Assembly (NCBI GenBank): GCA_965219455.1
Contig: OZ244744.1
Span: forward strand, 4,960,001 to 5,024,000
Length of the DNA stretch: 64,000 nucleotides
DNA from: Candidatus Latescibacterota bacterium
GTDB taxonomy: Bacteria > Latescibacterota > UBA2968 > GCA-2709665
Direction of reading: 5' to 3'
Positions 1-9,944 of this stretch are shown here, piece after piece (the first letter of the stretch is position 1; every line of letters starts with the position of its first letter). The position numbers were made by a program, and so were the translations under genes. The notes beneath the pieces were generated by a model. It did not search any database and had not been told where the DNA came from. It worked only from the letters and a program-made list of their open reading frames with translations.

Positions 1-1066
1 CCGGGACCCGGTTGTCCTTGCACCAGGACAGGATTCGATCGACCCGTTCAAGATAACCGTCCCAACCGTCCGGCATGGCGTGCTCCCAGAAATGGCTGTG
101 GCCGATAAGAACGTGGTGTTTGGCGATCCCGTCTGCAATTCGTTTCAGGTTCCAATCCAGATCCTGCGCCTCGTCGTTGAAGTTTCCCCACTGCATACCG
201 AAGCACTTGTCCCCGTCGGGATCGTTCTCGTTGTGGCACTTCAATGACCGGTCCGGGTAGGTTGCCGCGGCCACGTATCCGTACAGGTCTCCAAAACATG
301 CTTTGACATCTTCACGCCAAAAGTCGGAACATCCCCCTGATCCCGGCTGTATCCACGTAACGGGACGACCGAGACCAAGGTCGTCAAAGAGATTCAGAGA
401 CGTTTCGGCCAACAGCCTGCGAGCGTCCAACGTCATCCGAACGTCGGCTTTGCCCAGCAGTTGGTAGACGACATCCCGATGTTCTCCCAGATGGACGTTG
501 TCCTCGTCCCAAAAACTGCGCAACGCCAATACGCCATCGCCCGAATGCTCGTTCTGCCTGAAGCGAAACGTATTGCCGGTATGGGGCAGGTAGACGGCGA
601 AGAATCTCGTCAGGTTGGTGTCGAACAGACCCTTCGGCGTCCGGCTTGTCATCAGGTTGCCCGAAATATCCGCGCGACCTTCCGGAAGCGATGTCCTGTC
701 AATCTCGGCATAGGCCAGATAGACGCACGCTTCATCCACGTGGTCGACGCCCGGCATCCTGCGCCAGGCACCGGCATCCGCGCCGTGAGGGAGTGGGACC
801 TTGTCGACGCTGTGAAGGGGCGTGTGGTCCATGATTTCGTGCCCCTGGTCCTGCAATGTCCTGACCAGTTTCGTATATGCTTCGTCGCCGGCCATTCTTC
901 CAGGACACAGTGCGGCGCAGAACTTCAAACCGTGCCGGTTGAAAACCTCCGCGAACTCGATCCATTGTCGAATCGGCTTGTTGTCGTCCACACGGAAGCA
1001 GATTCCCCCGCGTTTGTCTGTTGGCACGTTCCCGGACTCCTCGCAGGCTTGCTGGCGATTACTCAT
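1..1066 (-). CDS. Polysaccharide deacetylase (NodB/CE4-like) family protein, 3' end runs off the window
   Basis: Not in the ORF track. Manual minus-strand translation from ATG 1066: MSNRQQ...GICFRVDDNK...QGHEIMDHT...VLIGHSH; RxDD and HxxxH motifs; frame open in the parts read, to the window edge. Confidence 0.65.
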   Translation of the reverse strand, partial: MSNRQQACEESGNVPTDKRGGICFRVDDNKPIRQWIEFAEVFNRHGLKFCAALCPGRMAGDEAYTKLVRTLQDQGHEIMDHTPLHSVDKVPLPHGADAGAWRRMPGVDHVDEACVYLAYAEIDRTSLPEGRADISGNLMTSRTPKGLFDTNLTRFFAVYLPHTGNTFRFRQNEHSGDGVLALRSFWDEDNVHLGEHRDVVYQLLGKADVRMTLDARRLLAETSLNLFDDLGLGRPVTWIQPGSGGCSDFWREDVKACFGDLYGYVAAATYPDRSLKCHNENDPDGDKCFGMQWGNFNDEAQDLDWNLKRIADGIAKHHVLIGHSHFWEHAMPDGWDGYLERVDRILSWCKDNRVP

Positions 1067-1619
1067 TGCTAAAATACCCGTGTGACCATGACGAGCGCGG
1101 CGTTGAGGCCCGCATCGGGCGCGAACCGTTGCCAAGACTTCGAGCAAGACGGACGAATTCGTCGAAGTCGGCGAGGTGGCGCGCCTGTATCATACAAAAC
1201 GGACGGACATTGGGGGCTGGGGTGGATTGCTGAATTGATGCGGAAACACAGGCTCATTCACACGTTTCCTTTCACGGGAACATAGCCCTGGCATCGATCG
1301 ATTGTCAACAGTAAAGGTGCGCGTGCTCTCCGTCCCGCTATCCGCCTTCCGCCTATGCGCGGCGGCCGGGTAAGGAGGCCCTTTCCATCCGGCTGAATTC
1401 TTGTTACCATGGCAGGGCGTGGCCAGGTTGAATACCTCGTGCGTGGAAATATGCACTGCCGTGTACGCGCCAAACGTGGTCCCGGAAACCCCGGCGGAAG
1501 TTCACGCCAGTCTGTCCGCCTGAGGTGGCGAGGCATAAAACAACACATTCCCGGAAAACAACGCCTGATCCATCCAATACAGGATTCATCCAGGATACTG
1601 CACGCCATGGAGGACACTG

Positions 1620-1937
1620 ATGATTTACGAACACCGCACCTACAGAATCCCCGAAGGCCGGATGCCGGACATCCTCAACCGGTTTGAAACCGTTACGTTC
1701 GGCCTCTTCGACAGGCACGGCATCAAAGTCGTCGGTTTTTGGACCCGAAGGGATGCCAACGACCTGATCTACCTTTGCGAATTTGAAAACGAAGAGGCTA
1801 TGGAAACAGCGTGGGACTCTTTCCGCTCAGACCCCGAATGGATCGCGGCCCGGGAACAGACCGAAGCCAACGGGCCCATCGTGGACGAGGTCCTCTCCGA
1901 CGTCCTCATCCCAACCTCCTTCTCGCCAATACAATAG
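1620..1937 (+). CDS. NIPSNAP family protein
   Basis: MIYEHRTY...HGIKVVGFW...AWDSFRSDPEW...LIPTSFSP; GGAGG SD upstream. Confidence 0.9.
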   Translation: MIYEHRTYRIPEGRMPDILNRFETVTFGLFDRHGIKVVGFWTRRDANDLIYLCEFENEEAMETAWDSFRSDPEWIAAREQTEANGPIVDEVLSDVLIPTSFSPIQ

Positions 1938-1978
1938 GGGAACAACCCACCCTCGTTTCCCATAGGTGCCACCCACCT

Positions 1979-2308
1979 TCATTTGGGCGGAAGCGACCCG
2001 GCATAGTCGGTGGCCATGTACACCCATTCTGTGAGGTCTTCGTCCGATTCGATTGCCGGCGGTTCAACCAGTGCCCATCCCCTCATCACGCGGCCCGTGA
2101 CGTCGAACGGCTTCGTGTGCGGCGCCTCCAGCGTCCGGTCGTGATGTGCTCTGTCGAGCCGGACGATGAGGGATCCCTTCCACGTCCCCACGCACATGTT
2201 GCCGTGGATCATGAAGCAGACGCCGCCGAACATCCGTTTCTCGGAAAATCCGTCCTCCTGGGAGAGAATGGATCGTATCCGCGGGATGAGTTCCTCGTCG
2301 CCGCCCAT
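1979..2308 (-). CDS. TfoX/Sxy N-terminal domain protein
   Basis: EKRMFGGVCFMIHGNMCVG...MRGW; start at ATG 2308 after GAGGG (ORF extends to 2359). Confidence 0.85.
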   Translation of the reverse strand: MGGDEELIPRIRSILSQEDGFSEKRMFGGVCFMIHGNMCVGTWKGSLIVRLDRAHHDRTLEAPHTKPFDVTGRVMRGWALVEPPAIESDEDLTEWVYMATDYAGSLPPK

Positions 2309-2477
2309 TCCCTCAGTGTCCTGTCCCAAAAATACCTCACCATTCTCCCGCCGATTCATCCCGTCTCGCTGCGTTGCCTTCGCTCGCCGACCTTGCGCAG
2401 GTCGCCTGCGTTCAGGCGCCTTGCGAGACGGGCGACTCGACGACCGAATTTTGGCAACTTATTTCCGGGACAGAACA

Positions 2478-3044
2478 CTATATCTCCTCGAAGAGTTGCT
2501 TCAATCTGAAAACCGTGTTGTGATTTCGCGCGGTCAGTCGCTGGTATTCCGGTGACGACGGCAGCTTCACCCACGTCGACCGGGTCGGCCGCGCCCTGGA
2601 CACCGACCAGTAGATCACCCCGGGCCCGGCGGTGACCGTCTCGACCTCCGGTTTCGGCGCACGGAGTCTCGAGAGAACGTGGTTCGGCGTGGTTTCGGCC
2701 AGCGTGAAGAGCGCATGGTGCATCTGCGCATCGTTTCGTCCCCAATCCTCCGGGGCAGCGTCGACTGCGAATCTATATGACGATCGGGACAGAACGGCGG
2801 CGCGGGCATTGTACGAGAAACGGTCCGACAGGGCGTGTTCGATCTCGTCCGTCAACGCCGTGGCGTCGGTTCCGGCGGACCGAAAGAGAATGTTGCCGCT
2901 CTGGATGTAGGTGCGGACGCTGCGGAAACCGAGGTCTTCAAAACACTCACGGAGCGCGTCTTTCGGAACGATATTCTTTCCACCGACGTTCACGCCGCGG
3001 AGGAGCGCCAGGAATCGAGGATGTGTTTCCGTTTCGCGTGCCAT
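2478..3044 (-). CDS. DUF1697 family protein
   Basis: ALLRGVNVGGKN...VRTYIQSGNILF...TARNHNTV. Confidence 0.9.
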   Translation of the reverse strand: MARETETHPRFLALLRGVNVGGKNIVPKDALRECFEDLGFRSVRTYIQSGNILFRSAGTDATALTDEIEHALSDRFSYNARAAVLSRSSYRFAVDAAPEDWGRNDAQMHHALFTLAETTPNHVLSRLRAPKPEVETVTAGPGVIYWSVSRARPTRSTWVKLPSSPEYQRLTARNHNTVFRLKQLFEEI

Positions 3045-3079
3045 CTGTCAATTACTCCCGTTCACGACGAAGAATCTGG

Positions 3080-5866
3080 CTACCGGGCGCCCCGATCCCG
3101 AAGCATCTTTACGATATTATCGTGCCCGCGGCGTTGCGCCCATGCCAGGGGCGTCGCCCATTCGGCGCCCGCGGCATTCGGATCGGCGCCCCGATCCAGC
3201 AGCAGGCCAACCAGTTGCGCGTTTCCCTCGCGCGCGGCGATCCCCAGCGGTGTAGATCTGTCCTCTTCATCGACCGCGTTGACGTCAGCGCCGAATTCGA
3301 GGAACATGCGCACCATCGCGGCCGGGTCGGACATGGCGCGGTTGCCGCGGCAAAGGTCGTGCAACGGGGTTCGTCGCTGCCAGTCGGGCAGGTTCGGATC
3401 CAGGCCGTGCTCGAGGAGTCGGCGCGTCATCCGTGGCACGTGGTACAGATAAGTCTTGCATGCGGTAAGCACGCGCGGCATCGGGTGTTTGCGCTGCAGG
3501 AACATAGTGAGCATCGCCTCGTGGGCATCGGGTGATTCTCCCCGGTCCTCCATGCGTCCACAGCCGCTGATCACGGCGGTGTAGGGTGTGGTCAGGTACT
3601 CGCTCTCCTCGTCGGAAAACGGATCGTCAGTGTAACGTAGAATAGCGGCCAGGGTCTCGAGTTCCCCGCGCTGCACGTAGCCCCACGCCCCGGATGCGCG
3701 CCCGCCATAGCCGTAGAGCAGCCCTCGCATGGCGTCGGAACCGGCGCGGATCGCGGGGGATCCCGAGGAGTCCACGTGTCCGTTCGGATCGGCCCCGGCC
3801 TCCAGCAGCCACGTTACGACTTCCAGGTTGTCTTCCACCGTGGCGGTCATCAGCGACGCCCCGTAGGGACACAAGCGACCCTCCGGCAGACGCGGGTCCG
3901 CGCCGTTGTCCAGCAGGAAGCGGACAATGTCTCGGTGTCCGCCCTCGACGGCGGCCGACAGGGGTCGCTTCTGAAGTCTCTCTCCGTCATTCACCGCCGC
4001 GGGATCCGCCGCGACAAATGCCCGAACGGCATCCAGGTCACCCCTCGCGGCAGCCAGCGTGGGGCTGTCGCGGGAGCCGGTCTCGAGTAGCAGTTCCGCC
4101 AGTTCCGGATTCATCTTCGAACGGTGCCACATCAGGTCGCGCCAGAGGGTGTAGTGGACCGCGCGAAATCCGGCATGGTCGGTCGCGTCGACGTCGATAT
4201 TGCGCTTGAGAAGCGCCCTGACCACTGTTTCGTCACCCGCGATGACCGCAACGTGCAGCGCGGTCCTGCCGTCCGGATCCTGCTGTGATTCGATTCCTTC
4301 AGAATCTTTAAGCAGCCGTTCGATCTCTGCGTGGTCTCCGGCTTTCACCGCTTCGTGCAGCCGCGGATCCCACGCCTCCGCCACGGTCCCGATGGCCTTC
4401 CTCAGATAATCGGCGACCGGCGTATGGCCGCGGTCGTGGGCCATGGCAATAAGATCGGTCACTTCGTCGTACGCGTAGGCTTCCCACAGAACTCTCGTCG
4501 CATCGAGATTGCCCTCCCGCACCGCGAAGTGGATCGGCGGGGTATACCAGAACTGCAGCCTGGCGCAATCCGGATCCGCGCGCAGGTGTTTGCGCAGGGC
4601 GCCGGCGTCATTTCGGATTGCGGCGCCGAGGAGTTCCCAATACAGGCGCCCCTCGTCCGTTTCCACGCACCAGGACGGGCGGTGCATGGCGTCGATCTTC
4701 TGCTGGGGGGTGCGTTCCGCCACCCCGGATCCGGTGAAAGCCATGTCGCTCCTTTTCCTCGTTTCGGTTTGATCTCCGTTTGCCTGTTCCCGCTTTACAA
4801 TTCTCTGTTCGAAGGAAAAGACGTTCGCACTGGCAGGATCCACCTTCACCTCGATCCAGTGCACGTCCGAAGCGCCAAAGGTTTCCACGCGTGTGAAATT
4901 CCAGAGCCGTCGGCCATCCCGATTGCGCCGTAGCGGTTTGTCGATCCGGAAGTAATGCGAGTCGCCGTGCGCGAGCACGACGGGCCGGCCGAACTGTTCG
5001 GTCTCCTCGCGCAATACGTCGAGGAGGGCCTTGTAATGCGGCGGATCCGCTCCTCCCTTTCGTTCCAGTCCCATCGATGCGTGAACGGTCAGAAACAGTC
5101 CTTTACCGGATTCGGCTGCCCTGGAAAAGGCGTTTCGAAGCCACGCGATTCCCGCCCTGGTGCGCCGCTCAACCGCCGCGTCATGCTTCTTCGTCCGCAG
5201 GATAACGGCGCCAACCTCGGTCGAGTCGCGAGGCTGAAAGGACGCCAACCCGTTTCTGCTCCCCACAACGTGTACGGTCGCGAAATGAATCCCCGCCCGT
5301 TCCCAGCGGATGTTCTCTATAAATTCGCCGTATTCCGGCGCCGCCGCCTGGGATTCAACCGCCATCCGCCGCCGGCCAAGCGTCATGCCCGCGCGCGGAT
5401 AGAAGAGCGCACGCAGTTTCGCCAGGCGTTCCAGCGGATCGAAGCGGCCGGCGTTCCTGAGGTGGCAGTCTGTCCATTCGTTGTCGCCCGGTGTGAGGAT
5501 GAAGGGGTCCTCGAAGCGGCTGAATCTTTGCAGGCGTTCTTCGAGAAAGGCGTCAGTGCAAGGCTGCACCCCGTTTTTGATGTCGCCCGCGTGGATGACC
5601 CATCGGACGTCGTCATCCGCGTTGATACTGTCGATGACCTTTGCGAACCGGACACTGTCGGCACTGGCGTAGGGCACGTCGCCAATCAGGGCGAAAGAAT
5701 AGGAATCGCCGCCGGCGTGGCCCAGGCACGGCATAAGAACGACGGCCAGTACGATGGCCGAGAGACGGAAAGATTGACCGGTTGTCGGGCGGGCAGGGGA
5801 TCGGTGTCCGCTCCGGATCATTGGCGTGCCTCCGTCAATTTGGGATATTTCTTCCAGTTCCTGCAC
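3080..5866 (-). CDS. Calcineurin-like metallophosphoesterase (signal peptide) fused in frame to a multi-ankyrin-repeat region
   Basis: GDVPY, HAGDIK, PGDNEW, HGDSH motifs; C-terminal half has GRTALHVA, RPLSAAVEGGH, RTPLHDL, STPLGIAAREGN, ATPLAWA; true start may be ATG 5821. Confidence 0.8.
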   Translation of the reverse strand: MQELEEISQIDGGTPMIRSGHRSPARPTTGQSFRLSAIVLAVVLMPCLGHAGGDSYSFALIGDVPYASADSVRFAKVIDSINADDDVRWVIHAGDIKNGVQPCTDAFLEERLQRFSRFEDPFILTPGDNEWTDCHLRNAGRFDPLERLAKLRALFYPRAGMTLGRRRMAVESQAAAPEYGEFIENIRWERAGIHFATVHVVGSRNGLASFQPRDSTEVGAVILRTKKHDAAVERRTRAGIAWLRNAFSRAAESGKGLFLTVHASMGLERKGGADPPHYKALLDVLREETEQFGRPVVLAHGDSHYFRIDKPLRRNRDGRRLWNFTRVETFGASDVHWIEVKVDPASANVFSFEQRIVKREQANGDQTETRKRSDMAFTGSGVAERTPQQKIDAMHRPSWCVETDEGRLYWELLGAAIRNDAGALRKHLRADPDCARLQFWYTPPIHFAVREGNLDATRVLWEAYAYDEVTDLIAMAHDRGHTPVADYLRKAIGTVAEAWDPRLHEAVKAGDHAEIERLLKDSEGIESQQDPDGRTALHVAVIAGDETVVRALLKRNIDVDATDHAGFRAVHYTLWRDLMWHRSKMNPELAELLLETGSRDSPTLAAARGDLDAVRAFVAADPAAVNDGERLQKRPLSAAVEGGHRDIVRFLLDNGADPRLPEGRLCPYGASLMTATVEDNLEVVTWLLEAGADPNGHVDSSGSPAIRAGSDAMRGLLYGYGGRASGAWGYVQRGELETLAAILRYTDDPFSDEESEYLTTPYTAVISGCGRMEDRGESPDAHEAMLTMFLQRKHPMPRVLTACKTYLYHVPRMTRRLLEHGLDPNLPDWQRRTPLHDLCRGNRAMSDPAAMVRMFLEFGADVNAVDEEDRSTPLGIAAREGNAQLVGLLLDRGADPNAAGAEWATPLAWAQRRGHDNIVKMLRDRGAR

Positions 5867-6038
5867 TCGTGAGAATTCGGGTACGGGGTTGGGCCGAAGG
5901 TACTTGGCTACCGGGCGCCGCCCTCGTATATTTCAGCGTAACAAACACGCTTTCTGCTGAACATCGCGGGAACCCGTAGCCCGCAGCCGCGTCGATCGCG
6001 AAGGCGCACCGATTCCTTAAGCTTCGGATGATACGACT

Positions 6039-6791
6039 GTGAACCAAACCGACCACGAATCTTTCGCCAGGAATGGCTTTTGGAACCTCGGCACGATCCT
6101 TAATCCGGATGAGGTGCGCTGCTTCCACGATCTGTTCGAGGAAGACCGCCGCCGGTTTCACTATTTCTGGCATCCGTACGGATTCCACCAGGAAGCCAAC
6201 TACGACGCCCTGATCACCACGCCTGAATTCGATGGGTTGATCCGACATCCGAGGATCATGCCCGCGATCGAGGAATTGATGGGCGGTCCCGTCTGTTTCG
6301 GCGAAATCGGCCTGCGTCGGATGGGCCCCTATGAAGGCGGCATGCATCAGGGTTGGCACCGCGACAGGCCCCACTGGCCCGAACACCCCCTTCGCATGGA
6401 CTATATCCAGCTGATGGTCTACCTCACCGACGTGGACGAGGGCACCCACTGTTTTTCCCTCTCGCCGGAATCCGTCGACCAGGCGGTTCCAGACGATCCC
6501 GCGGCACAGTTGGAGCGGGGCGGCGTGTACGATCTCCACGGCCCGGCCGGCACGTGCGCCCTGTTCAACGTGGCCCTGCTGCACACGGCCACCACCCGGG
6601 CCACGCAGGCCGTCCGAAAGACCGCGCAGATCTACTACGGCCACCGCCACAGGCTTCCGCTGGCCAACGACTCCGGTATTCCGGCGGTGTTCTGGCGGGA
6701 CCACCCCGACCCGGAAACGCGCGCTTTTTATGGTGTGCTCAATGACCGAACGCGGCTCTACATGGCCGCCTTCGGGCCACGGGAAGGTTAG
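6039..6791 (+). CDS. Phytanoyl-CoA dioxygenase (PhyH) family protein
   Basis: QGWHRD (HxD), VYLTDV, GPAGTCALFN..LLHT. Confidence 0.85.
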   Translation: MNQTDHESFARNGFWNLGTILNPDEVRCFHDLFEEDRRRFHYFWHPYGFHQEANYDALITTPEFDGLIRHPRIMPAIEELMGGPVCFGEIGLRRMGPYEGGMHQGWHRDRPHWPEHPLRMDYIQLMVYLTDVDEGTHCFSLSPESVDQAVPDDPAAQLERGGVYDLHGPAGTCALFNVALLHTATTRATQAVRKTAQIYYGHRHRLPLANDSGIPAVFWRDHPDPETRAFYGVLNDRTRLYMAAFGPREG

Positions 6792-6854
6792 TGTCCCGTC
6801 CCGGAAATATGTAACCATTCATCCGCTGGTTCATCCCATCTCGCTGCGTTCCCT

Positions 6855-7844
6855 TCACCCGTCAGTCCCGCCTTCCAGGAGATGCACCCGCCGGCCCTGG
6901 GTCGCAGCCGTCTCCGCGCCCAGCCCGATGCGGATGGCGTTAAGAGCCGTGTCCAGGTCCAGTCGCCAATCAATCCTGACGCCGCGAATTTCCTCCAGAA
7001 AAAGGCCTTCCAGCGATATCTCCTGCCCGGTCGGCGGCAGTGAAATTTCCTTGCCGTCGGCGGACGAAATCCGCCAGCCCCCATCGCCTTGAAGCAGTGT
7101 GCCATCCTCCAACACCATCCGCTGGTACTGCTCCGCCGATCCGATTGAAATCCCGCCCGCCCACGTCCATTCGGCCGTGCCCCCGCCGGAAAATCCAACC
7201 ACGACCCGGTTGACGAAGCGTTCGTACGTTCCGGCGCTGTCCATTCCCTCGTAATGGGCGTACCCTTCCACCCAGGACGCTGGTCCGAACAGATCGACCA
7301 GCGGGTAGACGTGATAGACGAAGAACAGACTCGGCGGCCCCGACGCCTTGATGTTGAACAACACGTCCGGCCGCGCCCCTCTCCCCGGCGTCAGACGCGT
7401 GAACAGCGCCAGTAGCAGCCCTCCCAGCGAACCGACCGTCTCTTTGAGTTGCCTGTGCGCGCCCGACACCACTTCCGGATGGGCGACACGGAGAACGGTG
7501 CCCGACGCGCGCGCCAGGTTGGCCAGGGCGATCCCCTCGTTGACGTGTCGCGCTATCGGGTATTCCAGAAAGACGGGTTTGCCGGCCTCCAGGGCGGCCC
7601 TGGCGATGGGACCGTGGGTGTCGTTGTTGGTGCAGACCGCGACTGCGTCCACGTCGGACCGGTCGATCAGATCCTGCCAATCTCCCAGCAGCGGCAGTGC
7701 GTGGCGACCGGCCAGTTCGGCGCCCGTAAGCGAATTTCGTGCGGCCAATGCGGACAGCGTGCATCCCTGCATTTCCGCGAAAGCCCGCGCGCGGCTGTGC
7801 GCCATTCCGCCCGAACCGACCAACCCCAAACGAATCGAATCCAT
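6855..7844 (-). CDS. Gfo/Idh/MocA family oxidoreductase
   Basis: LGLVGSGGMA Rossmann motif, VDAVAVCT...HG...ALEAGKPVFLEYP. Confidence 0.9.
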   Translation of the reverse strand: MDSIRLGLVGSGGMAHSRARAFAEMQGCTLSALAARNSLTGAELAGRHALPLLGDWQDLIDRSDVDAVAVCTNNDTHGPIARAALEAGKPVFLEYPIARHVNEGIALANLARASGTVLRVAHPEVVSGAHRQLKETVGSLGGLLLALFTRLTPGRGARPDVLFNIKASGPPSLFFVYHVYPLVDLFGPASWVEGYAHYEGMDSAGTYERFVNRVVVGFSGGGTAEWTWAGGISIGSAEQYQRMVLEDGTLLQGDGGWRISSADGKEISLPPTGQEISLEGLFLEEIRGVRIDWRLDLDTALNAIRIGLGAETAATQGRRVHLLEGGTDG

Positions 7845-8011
7845 CGTTTCAAGTCCCCGCTATTCTGTGGTTAAGAGGGTTTCTCTTCAATGTTGAACCG
7901 CGCCCAAATCGACACCTCCCTGATGATAATTCGGACATATCTTCGAATCTATCTGGATGAATGCACTAAATCCGTCCGGGGAATCCGGTTAGATAAGATC
8001 GACCTTCCAGT

Positions 8012-9297
8012 TCAATACCTGCCGATCGCGCCGAAGTCAATCTCGATGATCCACTCTCGCTCACGCCCCACGAATTTGATGAATCCCGTTTTCTCCAAAC
8101 GGATTAGTTCACGCAAGAAGGTGCGCCTCGTTACGTCGCGATAGACCGCGGTGACATACGGCGCGCTCAGCAGTTCCGAAACCTTGATTTTTTTGGATGG
8201 TTCGTCTGCGAAGGGATCTACCGGCTCGGTCTCTTCCAGGAGAAAACAAAGCAGGCCGTATTCCCGCTGGTTGAGGACGCGTCGGCGTTCGCTCACTCGC
8301 TGATCCAGTGCTCTTGTCAGAGTCGTTCGGTAAATTACACGGTTCAGTTTCGTCTTGATAAAGTTGTTGATTCCCTTCAACTCGCTCGCAAAGCCCTCGA
8401 TGCCGAACGCAATGAAACCGCTCAAATCGAACGGCTGCGTCCTTCTTCCCTTTTGTAGCAATAGCATGTATTCACTTCCGTTTCGGTAGAAATAATTCGA
8501 CAGCCCGTAAAAGCCGTGGACATTGTAACCACCCTGAAACAGAATTCCAGCCTCCACAAGTCTCGAGACCCTACCATTTCCGTCACCGAACGGGTGTATC
8601 GTTACGAGAAAGAAGTGGGCCATGAGCGCACGGATGACCGGATGCTGCGCAGCCAGTTTGTTCGAGTTCACAAAAATCACGAATTCTTCCATAAGGCGTT
8701 GCACGTCTGCGGGGGGCGCTCCTCGATGCACGCCGCCCAGTGCTTTCGTTCCGACCACGACGGGGTGGGACCGCAACTCTCCCGGCACGTTGTCGTCTTC
8801 ATCGGAACCACGCGTGACCAGCCTGTGCATCTGCAAAATGTCAGAAAGCTGGAGAGGCCTGCTGCCTGGCGTGAACCGTTGCCGAACCCAGTCCTGGGCA
8901 AAGCCGGCGTTTCTCACCTGTTTTTCTTCCCTAGGAGTCTGCGCCGCAGAAAACTCACTATACTATATATAGTTAAAGAAGATATCTGAGGACACTATAT
9001 ATAGTATAGTGCGGTGCTCAAATCAGTTCTGGAGCGCAGGCTCCTAGACTGGGTTGAGGATTCGTCCGAGGTAACAGTCAACAGTCGACTTACTTCGGCT
9101 TCTGAAAGTGGATTGCCCTCAACTGCCGTAGTACCGTGAACGGCTCGCACACGGTTCAATTGGTCCAATTGTTCCTTCCAATCGGACGGGAGGACCAGAT
9201 TGAGGGCTGCTTCTTTGTAGGCTTCAATTTGAATTAGATCAGAGTACTGGTTTTCCAATGAAATCCGACAATCAAAGCCGAAAGTTCCCCAGTCCAA
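8012..9297 (-). pseudogene. Fic family protein with C-terminal winged helix, interrupted by a MITE
   Basis: HPFGDGNGRVSR Fic motif; N-terminal part 8995-9297 has HGTTAVEGNPLS; removing 8935-9047 restores ...SSTQSREEKQVRNAGF... in one frame. Confidence 0.9.
8935..9043. mobile_element. 109-bp MITE with CTAG target duplication
   Basis: CTAG at 8931-8934 and 9044-9047; terminal inverted repeats GAGTCTGCGCCGCAGAA / TTCTGGAGCGCAGGCTC (14 of 17 match); internal perfect 18-bp inverted repeat 8956-8973 / 8994-9011. Confidence 0.85.
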
Positions 9298-9308
9298 ATG
9301 ACCTCCTG

Positions 9309-9410
9309 ATTGACAAACTATTTGACAATAAATAATATGAAATAACTACCTATAAATATAATATATTCTACATATATTGCAAATTAAATTGACAACTATT
9401 TGACAATAAA
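9309..9410. promoter_or_regulatory. Direct-repeat operator/promoter candidate upstream of fic
   Basis: ATTGACAAACTATTTGACAATAAA (9309-9332) and ATTGACAACTATTTGACAATAAA (9388-9410) in a very AT-rich spacer. Confidence 0.55.
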
Positions 9411-9944
9411 ATAGAAGCAAGGGTTAATAGGTTTGCAGAAAGCCGTGAACGACTCAACATTCGCATTCACCTAAGTGGGGCTCAGTTTGGATGACGTAGT
9501 CCCACAAGCGGTCAATGGGGGAATTGGGAAATCTGAGTGGACTGGAGGAGGTCTCGCGGGTGATCACGGTACCTCACGCCAAATGAAAAGTGGGAAATCT
9601 GCAAGTACTACTTTCATATTTACCCGTAGAGGGTCAGCCAATATAAAAAACGCTTGTGCATCAACGTCTTCAACCGGCAGTTGATCCGTTCTCATATTCC
9701 TCGATACCGACAACCGGGCAATTACGCTATATTCGTCGTTCAAGCATTTGAAGCGAACCCGAAGTCTCCGGTTTTTCATCCTGTCCATCCTGTTTATCCA
9801 TGTTTCCCGTTCCCTGAAAAACCCCAACAATTGTGTTGCGGACACTTTTTTCGAGACGTATGTTTATACCCCGGTGATTGGAAAACAGTTCTAGCCGGGC
9901 GGCGAAAACACGATTCCGACATCGATTTATCGGAGAGTATGGCC

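Noticed and set aside
461-1072. 203-aa plus-strand ORF
   Set aside because: Antisense shadow of the minus-strand deacetylase-like gene, which has recognisable motifs
1290-1610. Riboswitch in the gap before the NIPSNAP gene
   Set aside because: No cobalamin, TPP or SAM consensus elements recognised
9777-9803. CATCCTGTC/CATCCTGTT/TATCCATGT 9-mer repeat and the 9564-9845 ORF
   Set aside because: Only three degenerate units and no recognisable protein motif; not supportable beyond low-complexity intergenic sequence
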